The notes under the pieces are model-generated. The model made no database searches. It was not told the DNA's origin and was given only the letters and a program-made list of their open reading frames with translations. From Mobula hypostoma (lineage: Eukaryota), in contig NC_086097.1 of assembly GCF_963921235.1 (NCBI RefSeq), positions 236,594,001 through 236,658,000 on the forward strand: 64,000 nt of DNA, given 5' to 3'. Numbering within the stretch: position 1 is the first letter of the stretch; every line of letters starts with the position of its first letter. Positions 63,287 through 64,000 of the stretch are shown one piece after another. The position numbers were made by a program, and so were the translations under genes.

Positions 63287-64000
63287 TGTCACGTACTCCG
63301 TGACAGGAATAAAGAACCAGCTGAGATGAAAAACACTTCGGAGTCCAGTATTGCTATAAACTAAAAATATTTATTAGTAACTACGCAATACAGTAATATA
63401 AATGTAGATAAATCAAACAGGTTCACAGTGGTTTTATATATATATATATTTATATATATAAGTAACTAAATCAGTAAGTGTGGAAATATATGTATGAAAA
63501 CCAAGCTTCTTTAAGTCTAGGGGTAAAAAGATAGTCTTACGATGATGAATAAAGTTCAGTTCAGTTCAGTTCAGTTCATCGTAATGAGTTGAGTAGTGAT
63601 GGAGAGAGAGAGAGGGAGAGATTTGAGTCTTCAGGTGAGCTGACACTGTCGATCTTCTCGTTGTCCTTCGAAATCCTTTAAAAGTCACTGACTATGACTT
63701 AAACAAAGGGGACTGGTTTTCTGTGGTGGAGCTATCCCCCAGGCGAGGGTGAACACACGGACAACTCCCCCCAGTCAACCCCTTTCCTTTTCACTGCAAG
63801 AGTGACTGATCGATCCGCCTGATCGATCCTCCAAAACCCACTTTTCCTGAGGGCACAACAATGCTCATTCAGTGTCCAGAACATCTGTATGAGGTCTGTC
63901 ATCTGACCTCCTATTTTTCCGCCCATGCAGAGGATCAACTGTTATTCAAATAACTCCTCCTTCCTCTCTCTCTGTAAGAAATGCACAAGCAGCGGACTGT
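63287..64000 (-). mobile_element. LTR (family A), runs off the window end
   Basis: Starts tgtcacgtactccgtgac; collinear with 27819 onward. Confidence 0.8.

Overview
Eukaryotic, transposon-dense, apparently intronic or intergenic DNA. The repeat families present (HE1/V-type SINEs, CR1 LINEs with short-unit tails, Penelope-like elements) suggest a cartilaginous fish; this is inference. No host gene is recognisable with confidence: only a weak two-exon candidate at 486-769 (-) and a possible coding relic at about 25750-25994 (-). The window holds a 3'-truncated Ty3/Gypsy element split by a CR1 with a 696-aa open ORF2 segment, and a 5'-truncated L1 nested in a hAT element. It also holds Penelope-like elements of two types, Tc1, Tigger, hAT and Harbinger-type DNA elements, solo LTRs and many CR1, Rex and SINE fragments, often nested with readable target-site duplications (TSDs). 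The most notable signals are three. (1) Minimal type-I hammerhead ribozyme motifs sit in the Penelope terminal repeats: three identical intact copies, one near-intact copy and several decayed ones. (2) A ~1.9-kb fold-back Penelope insertion carries a 14-bp TSD and a ribozyme motif in each arm. (3) A well-formed -1 ribosomal frameshift signal lies at the Gypsy gag-pol junction. All belong to known classes of element; I see no wholly new system. Boundaries not anchored by a TSD or terminal inverted repeat (TIR) are approximate.
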